Source of the DNA: Amaricoccus sp.
GTDB lineage: Bacteria; Pseudomonadota; Alphaproteobacteria; Rhodobacterales; Rhodobacteraceae
Reading direction: 5' to 3'
Length of the DNA: 64,000 nucleotides
Assembly (NCBI GenBank): GCA_046348915.1
Contig: JAXMDH010000037.1
Location: 1,004 to 65,003, forward strand
In this document: positions 1 through 11,808 of the stretch, piece by piece
How positions within the stretch are numbered: the stretch's first letter is position 1
How the letters are laid out: each line of letters opens with the position of its first letter
Notes under the pieces: model-generated
Databases searched by the model: none
What the model saw: the letters and a program-made list of their open reading frames with translations, nothing else
What the model was told of the DNA's origin: nothing
Translations under genes and position numbers: made by a program

Positions 1-884
<884 letters not shown>

Positions 885-888
<4 letters not shown>

Positions 889-1817
889 TCGAACCGCGGC
901 GTGTGCGCGGCCGCGACAAGCCCCAGGGACCGGTCGGGCTGCGGCGCGACGCTGAGAAGGTCGCGGGTGCGCTGCCGCCCTTGCTGGCGCAGGCCGAGCT
1001 GCTCGCCGCGACCGTGGCGATGGGGTTTCATGGCCGGCGGCGCGCCGGGCACGGCGAGAACTTCTGGCAGTACCGGCAGGCGGTGCCGGGCGACCCTCGC
1101 TCGGCGGTCGACTGGCGGCGTTCGGGCAAGTCCGACCAGCAGTTCATCCGCGAGATGGAGTGGGAGGCGGCGCAGACCGTCTCGATCTGGGTCGACGACG
1201 CGCTTTCCATGGACTACCGCGACGCCGAGCACTTCCGGGCGCGATCGAAGAACGAGCGGGCGTCGCTGCTCGCGCTGGCGCTGTCGGTGCTCCTGGTCAA
1301 GGCCGGCGAGCGGGTCGCCCTGATGGGAACCGACGCCGCCCAGCCGCGCACCGGGCGGGCGCAGCTCAACCGTATGGCGCTCGCCCTCGGCACCGAGCGC
1401 AGCGACGGACGCGAGCGGCCCGACTACGGCGCGCCGCCGCCTGACCGGCTGTTGCACGGCTCACGCGCCGTCTTCTTCTCGGACTTCCTCGGCGATCTCG
1501 ATGGGCTGAAGCCCGCGCTGGCGCACGCCGCCGACCAGGCCGTGCGCGGCTGCTTCGTGCAGGTGCTCGACGAAACCGAGGAGACCTTTCCCTTCGACGG
1601 CCGGATGATCTTCCAGAGCGTCGGGCGGACCGCCGAGTTCGAGACCCAGCGCGCGCGGGCGCTCCGCAGCGCCTACGAGGAGCGGCTCGCCGAGCGACGG
1701 GCGAAGATCGTCGAGTACGCGCGCCACCTCGGTTGGCGCTGGTACTTCCACGACACCACCGCCCCGCCGAGGAAGGCGCTGCTCTGGCTCTACATGGCGG
1801 TGGGCGAGCGGGCTTGA
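885..1817 (+). CDS. DUF58 family protein (MoxR-associated, vWA-like)
   Basis: GxHGRRRAGHGENFWQYR...GDPRSAVDWRRSGK motif; overlaps moxR stop (GTGA). Confidence 0.92.
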
Positions 1818-1821
1818 AGGG

Positions 1822-4608
1822 ATGATCGGCTCCGTCGCCTTCGTCGCCCCCTGGCTGCTGGCCGGCTTCGCCGTGCTGCCGGTGCTCTGGTGGCTGCTGC
1901 GTGCCGTGCCGCCGGCCCCCGGGCGCAAGGTCTTCCCCGGCGTGCGGCTGCTCCTCGGCCTGCGCGATCCCGAGAAGATGCCCGAGCGGACGCCCTGGTG
2001 GCTGCTCCTCCTCCGGATGACCGCGCTCGCGGCGGCGATCCTCGCCTTCGCCGGGCCGGTCCTGAACCCGCGCCCCGAGGGGTCGAATGACCCGCTGCTC
2101 GTCCTCCTCGACGGCGGCTGGGGCGATGCGCCCGACTGGGCCGGGCGGATGCACCGGGTCGCGGCGGCGCTCGACGACGCGGGACGTGCCGGGCGGCCGG
2201 CGGCGGTCGTGGCGATGGGCGCGGCGCCGCAGGCCGACGCCGGCCTCCCCTGGCGCTCGGCCTCGGAGTGGAGCGAACGGTTGGCCGGGCTGGCGCCCGC
2301 GGCCTGGTCGCCGGCGCGGGCCGACTGGGCCAAGTGGCTCGCCGGTCGCGACGACCGCTTCGAGACGCTGTGGCTGACCGACGGCATCGGCGAGGGCGGC
2401 GAGGCGGACCTCGCCCGGGCGCTGCTCGCGCACGGCCCGGTGACGCTGGTTGAGCCGCGCGCGACGGCGCTGGCGGTGACGCCGCCGCGGCTCGAGGACG
2501 GCGACTTCCGGGTCAGCGTTCTGCGCGCCGGGAGCGAGGGCGCGCGGCCGGTCCGGGTCGTCGCGCTCGGGCCCGACCCGAACGGCATCGAGCGCGCGCT
2601 CGGCTCGGCGACGGGGAGCTTCGCTGCGGGCCAGGACGCGCTCGACCTCAAGCTCGAAATGCCGGTCGAGCTCCGCAACCGGGTCGGGCGGGTGCAGCTC
2701 AGCGACGGCCGCTCCGCCGCCGGCGTGGCACTCGCCGACGATTCGGTGCGACGGCGCAAGGTGGCGCTCCTGTCGGGCAAGGCCGGCGGCGAGGGCCAGG
2801 ATCTCGTCGACCCGCTGCACTACCTCCGGACCGCGCTCGCGCCTTTCGCCGAGGTGATCGAGGCGCCGCTCGGCGAGATGCTGAACGCCGCTCCCGACGT
2901 CCTGATCATGGCAGACGTGGGCAGCATCGGCGACGCCGAGCGCGCCGCGATCGAGCCCTGGGTGCGGAAGGGCGGCCTCCTGGTCCGCTTCGCCGGCCCG
3001 CGGATGGCGCAGTCGGGCGTCGGCCAGCTCGACGAGGATCCGCTCCTGCCGGTCCGGCTGCGCGCGGGCGGCCGTTCGATCGGCGGCGCGATGTCGTGGG
3101 GCGCGCCGAGGAAGCTCCGGCCGTTCCCGGAGAACAGTCCCTTCGCGGGGCTGCCGGTTCCGGCCGACGTGGACATCTCGAGCCAGGTGATGGCGCAGCC
3201 CGACCCGGACCTGCCCGACCGGGTGCTGGCGAGCCTCGAGGACGGGACGCCGCTCGTGACCGGCAAGCCGCTCGGCGACGGGCGGGTCGTCCTCTTCCAC
3301 GTCACCGCCAACGCCGACTGGTCGAGCCTGCCGCTTTCGGGCCTCTTCGTCGAAATGCTCGAGCGGCTGACCCAGAGCGCCGGCGGGCTCGCCGCCGCGC
3401 CCGAGACGCTCGCCGGCACGATCTGGACGCCGCTGCAGGTGCTCGACGGCTTCGGCGCGCTGGCGCCGCCGAGCCTCGTGGCCGGGGTGCCCGGCGAAGA
3501 GCTCGCGAGCGCCCGGCCGTCGGCGAAGATCCCGCCCGGGATCTATGCCGGCGGCGAGCGGCGGCTGGCGCTGAACGTGATGCGGACCGGCGACCGGCTC
3601 GCGGCGTTGGGGCCGCTGCCGGACGGCGTGACCGTCGAGACGCTCGACCGCGCGGCCGAGATCCGGCTCGGGCCCTGGCTGATCGCGCTGGCGCTCGTCC
3701 TTCTCGCGGTCGACGTCCTCGCCACGCTCCTCGTCTCGGGCCGGCTGCGGCGGATGTTCCGCCCGGCGGTCGCCGCCGCCGGCGCGGCGCTGCTGGCGGC
3801 GGGCCTCGCGTTCGGCGCCGCCGGACGTGCCGACGCGCAGACCGCCGCGGACGACGCCGCGGCGCTGCACGCGGCCAACGACACCGTCCTCGCCTACGTC
3901 CTGACCGGCGACGCGCGGGTCGACGCGATCAGCGCGGCGGGGCTCGCGGGCCTGAGCCAGGCACTCTTCGACCGCACCGCCATCGAGCCCGCGGATCCGG
4001 TCGCGGTCGACATCGAGCGCGACGATATCTCGCTCTATCCCTTCCTCTACTGGCCGGTGACCGAGACCCAGCCCACGCCCTCGGACGCGGCGGTGGCGCG
4101 GATCAACGACTTCCTGCGCTTCGGGGGCATGATCCTCTTCGACACCCGCGACGCCGACCTCGGCGCCGGCGCCACCGGGACGACGCCGAACGGCCGGGTG
4201 CTGCAGCGGATCGCGATGAAGCTCGACGTGCCGCCGCTTGAGCCGGTGCCGGCCGACCACGTCCTTACCCGCACCTTCTACCTCCTGCAGGATTTCCCCG
4301 GCCGCTGGACGGGGTCGACGGTCTGGGTCGAGGCCTCGCAGAATGCCGAGCAGGTCGAAGGCGTGCCGTTCCGCAACCTCAACGACGGCGTGACCCCGGT
4401 CGTCATCGGCGGCAACGACTGGGCCTCGGCCTGGGCGATCGACGATGGCGGACAGCCGATGTTCCCGGTCGGCCGCGGCATCGCCGGTGAACGCCAGCGC
4501 GAGATGGCGCTGCGCTTCGGCATCAACCTCGTCATGTACGTGATGACCGGCAACTACAAGTCCGACCAGGTGCATGTCCCGGCCCTGCTCGACCGGCTGG
4601 GGCAGTAG
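1822..4608 (+). CDS. BatA N-terminal double-TM / DUF4159 domain membrane protein
   Basis: N-terminal PWLL..LPVLWWLLRAVPP..FPGVRLL; C-terminal YPFLYWP, GGMILFDTRD, HVLTRTFYLL, GINLVMYVMTGNYKSDQVH. Confidence 0.88.
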   Translation: MIGSVAFVAPWLLAGFAVLPVLWWLLRAVPPAPGRKVFPGVRLLLGLRDPEKMPERTPWWLLLLRMTALAAAILAFAGPVLNPRPEGSNDPLLVLLDGGWGDAPDWAGRMHRVAAALDDAGRAGRPAAVVAMGAAPQADAGLPWRSASEWSERLAGLAPAAWSPARADWAKWLAGRDDRFETLWLTDGIGEGGEADLARALLAHGPVTLVEPRATALAVTPPRLEDGDFRVSVLRAGSEGARPVRVVALGPDPNGIERALGSATGSFAAGQDALDLKLEMPVELRNRVGRVQLSDGRSAAGVALADDSVRRRKVALLSGKAGGEGQDLVDPLHYLRTALAPFAEVIEAPLGEMLNAAPDVLIMADVGSIGDAERAAIEPWVRKGGLLVRFAGPRMAQSGVGQLDEDPLLPVRLRAGGRSIGGAMSWGAPRKLRPFPENSPFAGLPVPADVDISSQVMAQPDPDLPDRVLASLEDGTPLVTGKPLGDGRVVLFHVTANADWSSLPLSGLFVEMLERLTQSAGGLAAAPETLAGTIWTPLQVLDGFGALAPPSLVAGVPGEELASARPSAKIPPGIYAGGERRLALNVMRTGDRLAALGPLPDGVTVETLDRAAEIRLGPWLIALALVLLAVDVLATLLVSGRLRRMFRPAVAAAGAALLAAGLAFGAAGRADAQTAADDAAALHAANDTVLAYVLTGDARVDAISAAGLAGLSQALFDRTAIEPADPVAVDIERDDISLYPFLYWPVTETQPTPSDAAVARINDFLRFGGMILFDTRDADLGAGATGTTPNGRVLQRIAMKLDVPPLEPVPADHVLTRTFYLLQDFPGRWTGSTVWVEASQNAEQVEGVPFRNLNDGVTPVVIGGNDWASAWAIDDGGQPMFPVGRGIAGERQREMALRFGINLVMYVMTGNYKSDQVHVPALLDRLGQ

Positions 4609-6684
4609 ATGGACGCCGTCGCCTTCGGGCCGCTCCTGCCGCTGCCGCTGATCGTCACGCTCGCGGCCGTCGCGCTCGTAGGCACCGCGCTCGCGCTCTG
4701 GCGCGGGCTGACCGGCTGGTGGCTGCGCGGCCTCGCGGCGCTCGTCCTGCTCGCGGCGCTTGCCGGCCCCTCGCTCCGTCGCGAGGACCGGACACCGGTG
4801 CCGAGCATCGCCATCGTCGTCATCGACGACAGCGCCTCGAACCGGATCGCCGGACGCGACGCGCAGGTGGCGCGGGCGCTCGACGGCCTGCAGGCGCGGC
4901 TCGACGCTCTCGGGCAGGGAGGCCGGCTCGAGGTCCGCACCGTGCATGTCGCCGATCGGGGCGACGACGGCACGCTGCTCCTGTCGGCCCTGGCAGACGC
5001 TACCGCGGAACTCCCCTCCGACCGGATCGCCGGCGCGATCCTGGTCACGGACGGCGAGATCCACGATCAGCAGGCGCTCGCGACCTTCCCGGGCCCCGTC
5101 CAGGTACTGCTCACCGGCAGCGCCAGGGACTGGGACCGCCGGGTCGTGATCGAAACCGCCCCGGCCTTCGCCATCGTCGGCGAACCGGTAAGCCTCGTCC
5201 TCAAGGTCGAGGATTTGGGGGCCGCCCCCGACGGCAGCGGCTTCGCCCCGCTGTCGATCTCGCTCGACGGCACCGATCCGCTGCGCTTCGACGTGCCGCT
5301 GAACCGCGACGTGACACTGCCGGTCACGCTGCAGCGCGGCGGCGTCAACGTGCTGCAGATCGCTACCCCGGCCGTCGACGGCGAGCTCACCGACCGCAAC
5401 AACCAGGCCATCGTCTCGATCAACGGCGTTCGCGACCGGCTCCGCGTCCTCCTCGTCTCCGGCGAGCCCTACCCGGGCGAGCGCACCTGGCGGAACCTGC
5501 TCAAGTCCGACTCCGCCGTCGACCTCGTCCACTTCACCATTCTGCGGCCGCCCGAGAAGCAGGATTTCGTGCCGGTCTTCGAGCTCTCGCTGATCGCTTT
5601 CCCGACCCAGGAGCTCTTCATGGAGAAGGTCGACGAGTTCGACCTGATCATCTTCGACCGCTACAAGCGCCGGGGGATCCTGCCGAACAACTATTTCGAC
5701 AACATCGCCCGCTACGTTCGTGACGGCGGGGCGCTGCTGATCGCCTCCGGCTCGGACTTCGCCGGTGCCGAAAGCCTCTACCGCTCGCCGCTCAAGGACA
5801 TCCTGCCGGTCCAGCCCACCGCCCGCGTGATCGAGGAGGGGTTTCGCCCCGAGATCACCGGCATCGGCAACCGCCACCCGGTGACCGCCGGGCTCGAGGA
5901 GCATGCCCCGCATCCGCCGACCGCCGACGGCGAGCCGAGCTGGGGCCGCTGGTTCCGCATGGTCGAGGTCGACGCCTCGCCGGACAGCGAGACCGTGATG
6001 CAGGGCCCGGAGGGCAAGCCGCTCCTCGTCCTCGACCGCGAGGGCAAGGGCCGCGTCGCCGTGCTGGCCTCCGACGAGGCCTGGCTCTGGAGCCGCGGGT
6101 TCGAGGGCGGCGGCCCGCAGCTCGAGCTGCTGCGGCGCCTCGCGCACTGGCTGATGAAGGAGCCCGAGCTCGAAGAGGAGGTGCTGCGCGGCACCGGCCA
6201 GGACGGCACGGTGATGATCGAGCGCCGCACGCTCGCCGACAGCGTGCCGCCGGTGACAGCGACCAGCCCCTCGGGCGCGGTATCGACCGTGACGCTGACC
6301 GAGACCTCGCCGGGTCTCTGGCAGGGCAAGCTCGAAAACGCCGAGAACGGCGTCTGGCGGCTGGAGAACGGTGACCAGAAGGCCGTGGCCGTCGTCGGCC
6401 CCTCGGCGCCCAAGGAATTCGCCAATCCGGTGTCGTCGGGGGATCTCCTGTCGCCGCTGGCCACCGCCACCCGCGGCGGCATCCGCCGGCTCGAGGATGG
6501 CATGCCCGACATCCGCCTCGTCCGCGAGGGTCGCGTCGCAGATGGCCGCGGCTGGATCGGCCTCGCCGACCGCGAGGCCTACCAGCTGCGCGACATCCGC
6601 CAGGTGGACCTCGCCCCTGGCTGGCTGTCGCTGCTGCTGGCCGCCGGCTTCGTCTTCGTGGCCTGGCGGATCGAGGGCAGATAG
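4609..6684 (+). CDS. Conserved membrane protein with glutamine-amidotransferase-like domain (MoxR operon)
   Basis: RVLLVSGEPYPGERTWRNLLKSDSAVDLVHFTILRPPEK, ELSLIAFPTQELF; N- and C-terminal TM segments; abuts previous stop. Confidence 0.85.
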   Translation: MDAVAFGPLLPLPLIVTLAAVALVGTALALWRGLTGWWLRGLAALVLLAALAGPSLRREDRTPVPSIAIVVIDDSASNRIAGRDAQVARALDGLQARLDALGQGGRLEVRTVHVADRGDDGTLLLSALADATAELPSDRIAGAILVTDGEIHDQQALATFPGPVQVLLTGSARDWDRRVVIETAPAFAIVGEPVSLVLKVEDLGAAPDGSGFAPLSISLDGTDPLRFDVPLNRDVTLPVTLQRGGVNVLQIATPAVDGELTDRNNQAIVSINGVRDRLRVLLVSGEPYPGERTWRNLLKSDSAVDLVHFTILRPPEKQDFVPVFELSLIAFPTQELFMEKVDEFDLIIFDRYKRRGILPNNYFDNIARYVRDGGALLIASGSDFAGAESLYRSPLKDILPVQPTARVIEEGFRPEITGIGNRHPVTAGLEEHAPHPPTADGEPSWGRWFRMVEVDASPDSETVMQGPEGKPLLVLDREGKGRVAVLASDEAWLWSRGFEGGGPQLELLRRLAHWLMKEPELEEEVLRGTGQDGTVMIERRTLADSVPPVTATSPSGAVSTVTLTETSPGLWQGKLENAENGVWRLENGDQKAVAVVGPSAPKEFANPVSSGDLLSPLATATRGGIRRLEDGMPDIRLVREGRVADGRGWIGLADREAYQLRDIRQVDLAPGWLSLLLAAGFVFVAWRIEGR

Positions 6685-6888
6685 CCTTACTTTCGTGCCT
6701 TTTCCGATCGCTCCCCCGGGCACCTGCGCAGGTGAGCTGGGGCGGCCCTTGCGGCGCGGCCGGTCCCCTCGCGCCTGCCACTCGCGGGAGAAGCAATTTT
6801 TTTACGCCGGCTTGCTAGTCCGGACGCCGGGGCCCGCGTCAAGCCCCGTCGAGAGCCGCCTCCGTGCGGCCGAAAAGGGCAGGAGAGC

Positions 6889-9342
6889 GTGGCGGGAACG
6901 AGGAACAGGCGCGGCCTCGCGGGTCCGGTGGCAGTCTACCTGCCGGCGGTCGCCGCCCTGGCCTGCGTCCTGGCAGCCGGCCTCTTCGCCGAAAGGCAGA
7001 GTGCCGAGCTGGCCCGGCTCAACGAAGCCCGCAGCGTGCGCGAACAGGCCGAAGCGGCCGCCGCCGACCTGCACGAGGCGGTCGCGCCGCAGGTCCGGGC
7101 GGTCGAGCGACTGGCCGGCGCCCTCGCCGTCCGGCACCCCACCGACCCTTCCGACCTGGCCGCTCTCGAGCCCGTCGCGCGGGGCGCCGAGACCCTCGCG
7201 CTGCTGCCACCCGACGGCCCCCCCATCGCCTGGCCCGAGGGAGCCGGGACGCGTGCCGCTCTGGCGATGGCCGCGGGGGCGCCTGCGGGTGCGGGTAGCG
7301 GTTTCGTCGACGATTCGGCCGGCGACTGGTTCGTGCTCTGGACCGACGTACCGTCCGGGGGTCGCGCGGCGGTGGCGACACCCGCCGCGTTGATAACGGC
7401 CGCGGCGCGGCGCGAGTCGGCCGGGCTCGCGGTGGCGCTCGCCGGGCCAGAGGAATCCCTCCTCCGCATCGCCGGGGCCGAGGCCGCGCCGGCGGACCCC
7501 CTGGAGGTGCCGGTGGCGCTGCCCGGCGGCGGCTGGACGCTCCGGGCGGCCCCCGACGGCGGCTGGCAGCCCGCCGGCGACCGCTGGCCGATTCGCCTTG
7601 CGACGCTCCTCGCGGCGGCGCTGATCGTCGGGCCGATGATCCGCAACCGCCACCTGGTCGAGGACCGGCAGCAGAACGTCGCGGCGCTCGGGGAACGCGA
7701 GGACGAGCTCGCGCAGCTGTCGCGGCGCCTGGAGCTGGCGCTCGACGCCTCGAAGGTCGGGGTCTGGGACTACAGCTTCGACACCGACCGGCTGGTCTGG
7801 GACGACCGGATGGACGAGCTCTACGGCTACGTCCCGGGCGACCGGCCGCGCAGCTACCTCGACTGGCGCGACCGGCTGCACCCCGACGACCTCGCCCGCG
7901 CCGAGGCGGAATTCCGCGAGGCGATCGAGGTCACCGGCCGCTACGTTTCCGACTACCGCTTGGTGCTGCCCGGCAACCACGTCCGCCACATCCGGGCGAT
8001 CGGCGCGGTCTATCGCGGCGCCGCGGGCAGCGCGCAGATCGTCGGGGTCAACTGGGACGTCACCGCGGACGTGCTGCGCAACGAGGAGCTCAACGCCCGC
8101 CGGCTGGAGGCCGAGAACGCCTCGCTCGCCAAGTCGCAGTTCCTCGCCACCATGTGCCACGAGATCAGGACGCCGATGAGCGGCGTCATCGGCATGCTCG
8201 AGCTGATGCTGCGTGCCGAGCTCGACCCCGACCAGCGCGGCCGCGCGGTGGTCGCCCGCACCTCGGCCGACCAGCTCCTCGCGATCCTCAACGACATCCT
8301 CGACCTCTCGAAGCTCGAGGCCAACCGCATCACCGTCGAGAGCGTCGCCGCCAACGTGCATCGCATGGCCCGCGACGTCGCGGCGCTGATGGCCGCCGGG
8401 ACCCGCGGCCGCGACGTGGCGGTCACGGTCGAGATCGCGCCCGAGGTCCCCCGGGTCCTGCTCTGCGACGCCAAGCGCGTGCGGCAGGTGCTGATGAACC
8501 TGGTCGGCAACGCGGTCAAGTTCACCGAGGCGGGCGGGGTGCAGGTCCGACTGGGCTACGCGCCCGACGCCGACCGGCTCGAGGTCGCTGTCCGCGACAC
8601 CGGCATCGGAATATCGGACGAGGCGAAGCGGACGCTTTTCCAGCGCTTCGCCCAGGTCGACAGCGCCGTGACACGCAAGCGCGGCGGCACCGGGCTCGGG
8701 CTCGCCATCTCGCGCCAGCTCGTCGAGTTGATGGGCGGCGAGATCACCGTCGACAGCGTGCCGGGTCTTGGCAGCACCTTCCGCTTCTGCCTGCCCGCTC
8801 CCCCGGCGCCGGCAGGCGAGGAGGAGGCGGACGCCGTACCCTTGTCGATGCCGACCCCCGCCATGCGCCCGGCACGGATCCTCGTCGCCGAGGACAATCC
8901 GACCAACCGGCAGATCCTCGCGGCCTACCTGACCATGGCCGGGCACCGCGCCCACCTGGTCAACGACGGCGCCGAGGCCTGCGCCGCGATCGAGGGCGAG
9001 GACTTCGACCTCGTGATCATGGACGTGCAGATGCCGGTGCTGGACGGGGTCGCCGCCACCCGCCGCATCCGCGACCTCGACGGCGACAAGGCGGCGGTTC
9101 CGATCATCGCGCTGACCGCGAACGCGATGCAGGGCGACCGCGACCGCTTCATCGCGGCCGGCATGAACGACTACGTCTCGAAGCCGGTGATGCTGCCCGA
9201 ACTCTACGGCGCCATCGCCCGCTGCCTGGACGGCTATTTCGCGTCGTCCGACGGCGCCACCGGCTGCCAGCCGTCGCCCGGGTCGAAGCTGTCGATGGCC
9301 GCGGCAACGCTGAGGGTGTCGTCGCCGAGGTCCTTCTCGTAG
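6889..9342 (+). CDS. Hybrid sensor histidine kinase/response regulator (periplasmic CHASE-like region, PAS, HisKA, HATPase, REC)
   Basis: GVWDY..WDDRM PAS; [13 protein letters not shown]-box; [11 protein letters not shown]-box; DTGIGI and [10 protein letters not shown]-boxes; ILVAEDN..MDVQMP..TANA receiver. Confidence 0.93.
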   Translation: MAGTRNRRGLAGPVAVYLPAVAALACVLAAGLFAERQSAELARLNEARSVREQAEAAAADLHEAVAPQVRAVERLAGALAVRHPTDPSDLAALEPVARGAETLALLPPDGPPIAWPEGAGTRAALAMAAGAPAGAGSGFVDDSAGDWFVLWTDVPSGGRAAVATPAALITAAARRESAGLAVALAGPEESLLRIAGAEAAPADPLEVPVALPGGGWTLRAAPDGGWQPAGDRWPIRLATLLAAALIVGPMIRNRHLVEDRQQNVAALGEREDELAQLSRRLELALDASKVGVWDYSFDTDRLVWDDRMDELYGYVPGDRPRSYLDWRDRLHPDDLARAEAEFREAIEVTGRYVSDYRLVLPGNHVRHIRAIGAVYRGAAGSAQIVGVNWDVTADVLRNEELNARRLEAENASLAKSQFLATMCHEIRTPMSGVIGMLELMLRAELDPDQRGRAVVARTSADQLLAILNDILDLSKLEANRITVESVAANVHRMARDVAALMAAGTRGRDVAVTVEIAPEVPRVLLCDAKRVRQVLMNLVGNAVKFTEAGGVQVRLGYAPDADRLEVAVRDTGIGISDEAKRTLFQRFAQVDSAVTRKRGGTGLGLAISRQLVELMGGEITVDSVPGLGSTFRFCLPAPPAPAGEEEADAVPLSMPTPAMRPARILVAEDNPTNRQILAAYLTMAGHRAHLVNDGAEACAAIEGEDFDLVIMDVQMPVLDGVAATRRIRDLDGDKAAVPIIALTANAMQGDRDRFIAAGMNDYVSKPVMLPELYGAIARCLDGYFASSDGATGCQPSPGSKLSMAAATLRVSSPRSFS

Positions 9343-10178
9343 ACGACGTCGTTCTCGCCGACCATGAACGTCATCACGCCGGTGTCGCCATAGTCGGCCG
9401 GGAAAGCGATCAGCGCGTGCCCGCCGACCATGTGCCCGCCGACCATGTAGTCCATCGCCCCGCCCGGCGCGCCCTTTCCCTGCTTGGTCAGCACCCGGTA
9501 GTAGTAGCCGAGATACGGGTCGGGCTGCTGGTCGGTCCCCTGGAAGTCGTAGCCGTCGGCCGAGGCGCGGGCCATGAAGTCACCGATCGGGCTCGTGGGC
9601 GCGTTGGGCTCGCTCGGCCAGTAGAGGCCGTCACGCTTGCCCGCGGCACTGATGATCGCGTCGGCGAAGCTCCGGATCCCGTCGCCCTCGGGATCCTCGG
9701 CGCGGTAGGCCGCCTGCGCCTTGACGTAGCCGTGCAACAGGTCGATCACGTCGAGTTCGTTCTGGCCGATCCGCCGCGCGAGCACCTCGTCGCGCGCGCT
9801 CTGGGCATCGAAATGCCAGCCGGCGCCGTCCTTTACGATCGAGGCCGGGAACGGCCAGAGGTCCGGACCGATCGACAGCGTCGCCGTCGTGCCGGCGTCG
9901 TCGGTGTCGATCTCGTGCGCCGCCTTGTAGTCGCGCAGGAACTCGCTCCAGTTGGCACGGTCCTTGGCGTCCTCGCCGGTGAAGATCACGTCCTCGCTCT
10001 CGGGGCCGAAGATCGCGACGAGCTTGTCGCGGTCCTTCGCCTCGAGCGCGGCGACGACGGCGTCCGCGGCCGCCTGCGGCGTCGGGAAGTTCTCGGCCGC
10101 CGCCCATGATGCTTGCGGCACCGCCGCGGCGACGACGAGGGCGAAGGTAGCGCCGCCGAGTGAAGTCCTGAGTTTCAT
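9234..10178 (-). CDS. DUF2950 family exported protein
   Basis: Signal peptide; [53 protein letters not shown]. Confidence 0.9.
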   Translation of the reverse strand: MKLRTSLGGATFALVVAAAVPQASWAAAENFPTPQAAADAVVAALEAKDRDKLVAIFGPESEDVIFTGEDAKDRANWSEFLRDYKAAHEIDTDDAGTTATLSIGPDLWPFPASIVKDGAGWHFDAQSARDEVLARRIGQNELDVIDLLHGYVKAQAAYRAEDPEGDGIRSFADAIISAAGKRDGLYWPSEPNAPTSPIGDFMARASADGYDFQGTDQQPDPYLGYYYRVLTKQGKGAPGGAMDYMVGGHMVGGHALIAFPADYGDTGVMTFMVGENDVVYEKDLGDDTLSVAAAIDSFDPGDGWQPVAPSDDAK

Positions 10179-10193
10179 TCCTGTCGCTCCCTG

Positions 10194-11750
10194 CTAGCGC
10201 CGCCGTGCGCCACCGCCGCCGCCTCGGCCGCCCCCGCCCCGGCTGGCGTGGCCGCGCGACGACGCCGCCTTCGCCCGCTGGCCGCTCGACGGCTTGTTGA
10301 AGGCCGAGGACTTCGGCGCCGCCTTGCGCGGCGGCGTGTTCAGCGACTTGCCGCCGCCGGCCGGCCGGCTGATCGACTTGGCCTTCGCGGCCGATTTCGG
10401 TGCTGCGGTCTTGGCCTTCGCCCCCTGCGGCAGCTTGGCGCTGCCGAGGCTCTCGCGGCCGCGGTCTGACGCGATCGCCGACTTCACCTTGCCCGAGTCG
10501 CTCGGCTTGAAGGCCGACGTATCGATCGACGGCTTTCCCGCCGCAGTGCGCTTCTCGCCGGCCGCCTGCAGTTTGGCTCGCGTCGCGTCCCCGCTGCTCC
10601 GGCTGATCGACCGTGCCGCAAGCGCGCCGCCGGCCCCCGCCGCGGCTCCCGCCGCCAGCGCGCCCGCGCCGCCGCCCTCGCGTGCCTCGAGCCGCTCTCG
10701 CGCCGCCGCGGCGTTTGCCTGCCCGCCCGACCGCGTTGCGATCTTTTCGCGCGCATCGGCCTGCCGCTTGGCGTCGGGGCGCCAGGCACCGTCCCGGTCG
10801 ATGTTCGTCCGGTCGTTATCGCCGATCCGGTTGGCGACCTCGCCGTTCCGGATCACGACCTTGTTGCGGTCCCGGTCGATGTTGACGTCGCCATTGATCT
10901 CGCGGTCGGCCCGCCGCGGGTAGATGTCGTCGTTGTCCCAGTCGATGTGGCTCGGCCCGTGCCAATAGTCGTTGTCGTCGTCGTCATCGAAGATCTCGTC
11001 GAGGAGCAGTGCCCCCCCGAACACCACCGCGCCGGTGGTGATGATCTCGCCGGCGTTCCAGCCATAGTCGGGCGGATAGGTCGCGTAGGTCGGGGGCGCC
11101 GTCGCCACCGTGCCTGCCGGCGGTGCCGTATAGGCCGTCGTCGAGTCGTAGGCCGGGACATAGACCACGTTCGGATCCGCCGGCTCGATCGAGACGTTCT
11201 CGCCTTCGGTGTCGACAACCTGCGCGTCGTTGCTAGTCAGCGTTCCCGCCGCGACCGCCCGCGCACGCATCCGCTGCACCGCGTCGAGCACGTCGTCCGA
11301 CTGGGCGAGGACCGCGTCGCCGAGGTGCTCGGTCCAGTCGATGTCGTCGGCCATCCGCGCGATCACGCTCGGGAAGCCGCCCGCCAGCGTCGCGATGCTC
11401 GGATCCCAGTCCTCCTGCGCCGCCTTGTCGGCGCGCTCCTTCTCCGGCACGTCCTTGTTGGCGTCGAGGAACCGGTCGGCCTTGATGATGTCGAGCGGGA
11501 ACGTCGCCGCCACCAGCACCTGCGCCAGCAGCGCGTCCGGGTAGAGCGCGATCGGCGCCACCAGCGTGTCGAGCGCGTCGGCGTCGAGCAGATCCTCGTC
11601 GGCCGTCTGCGCCGCCGCCTCCTCGGTTGCCGCGGAATCGCTCACCGCAGCTTCGGTCTGGGTTTCTTGCGCCCGACCGGCGGCCAGGAAGCCGCCCCCG
11701 GCCATCGCCGCCGTAACGGTGCCCGCGACCACCCATCGCCATCGGAGCAT
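10194..11750 (-). CDS. DUF3300 family exported protein with basic Gly/Arg-rich tail
   Basis: LDTLVAPIALYPDALLAQVL, WDPSI, WTEHLGDA, DVLDAVQRMR, IEPADPNVVYVP; ATG at 11750 after GAGGAAGG. Confidence 0.9.
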   Translation of the reverse strand: MLRWRWVVAGTVTAAMAGGGFLAAGRAQETQTEAAVSDSAATEEAAAQTADEDLLDADALDTLVAPIALYPDALLAQVLVAATFPLDIIKADRFLDANKDVPEKERADKAAQEDWDPSIATLAGGFPSVIARMADDIDWTEHLGDAVLAQSDDVLDAVQRMRARAVAAGTLTSNDAQVVDTEGENVSIEPADPNVVYVPAYDSTTAYTAPPAGTVATAPPTYATYPPDYGWNAGEIITTGAVVFGGALLLDEIFDDDDDNDYWHGPSHIDWDNDDIYPRRADREINGDVNIDRDRNKVVIRNGEVANRIGDNDRTNIDRDGAWRPDAKRQADAREKIATRSGGQANAAAARERLEAREGGGAGALAAGAAAGAGGALAARSISRSSGDATRAKLQAAGEKRTAAGKPSIDTSAFKPSDSGKVKSAIASDRGRESLGSAKLPQGAKAKTAAPKSAAKAKSISRPAGGGKSLNTPPRKAAPKSSAFNKPSSGQRAKAASSRGHASRGGGGRGGGGGARRR

Positions 11751-11808
11751 CGCCTTCCTCCCTTGTCGTTCCCGGCAGTCTAGTCCTGCCGCCGCCCGGG
11801 GAGAAGCG

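Noticed and set aside
1366-6723. Very long antisense or alternate-frame ORFs (also 23542-27447, 27465-30011, 6802-8955 and others)
   Set aside because: Shadow ORFs of well-supported genes caused by high GC and stop-codon scarcity; no recognisable motifs.
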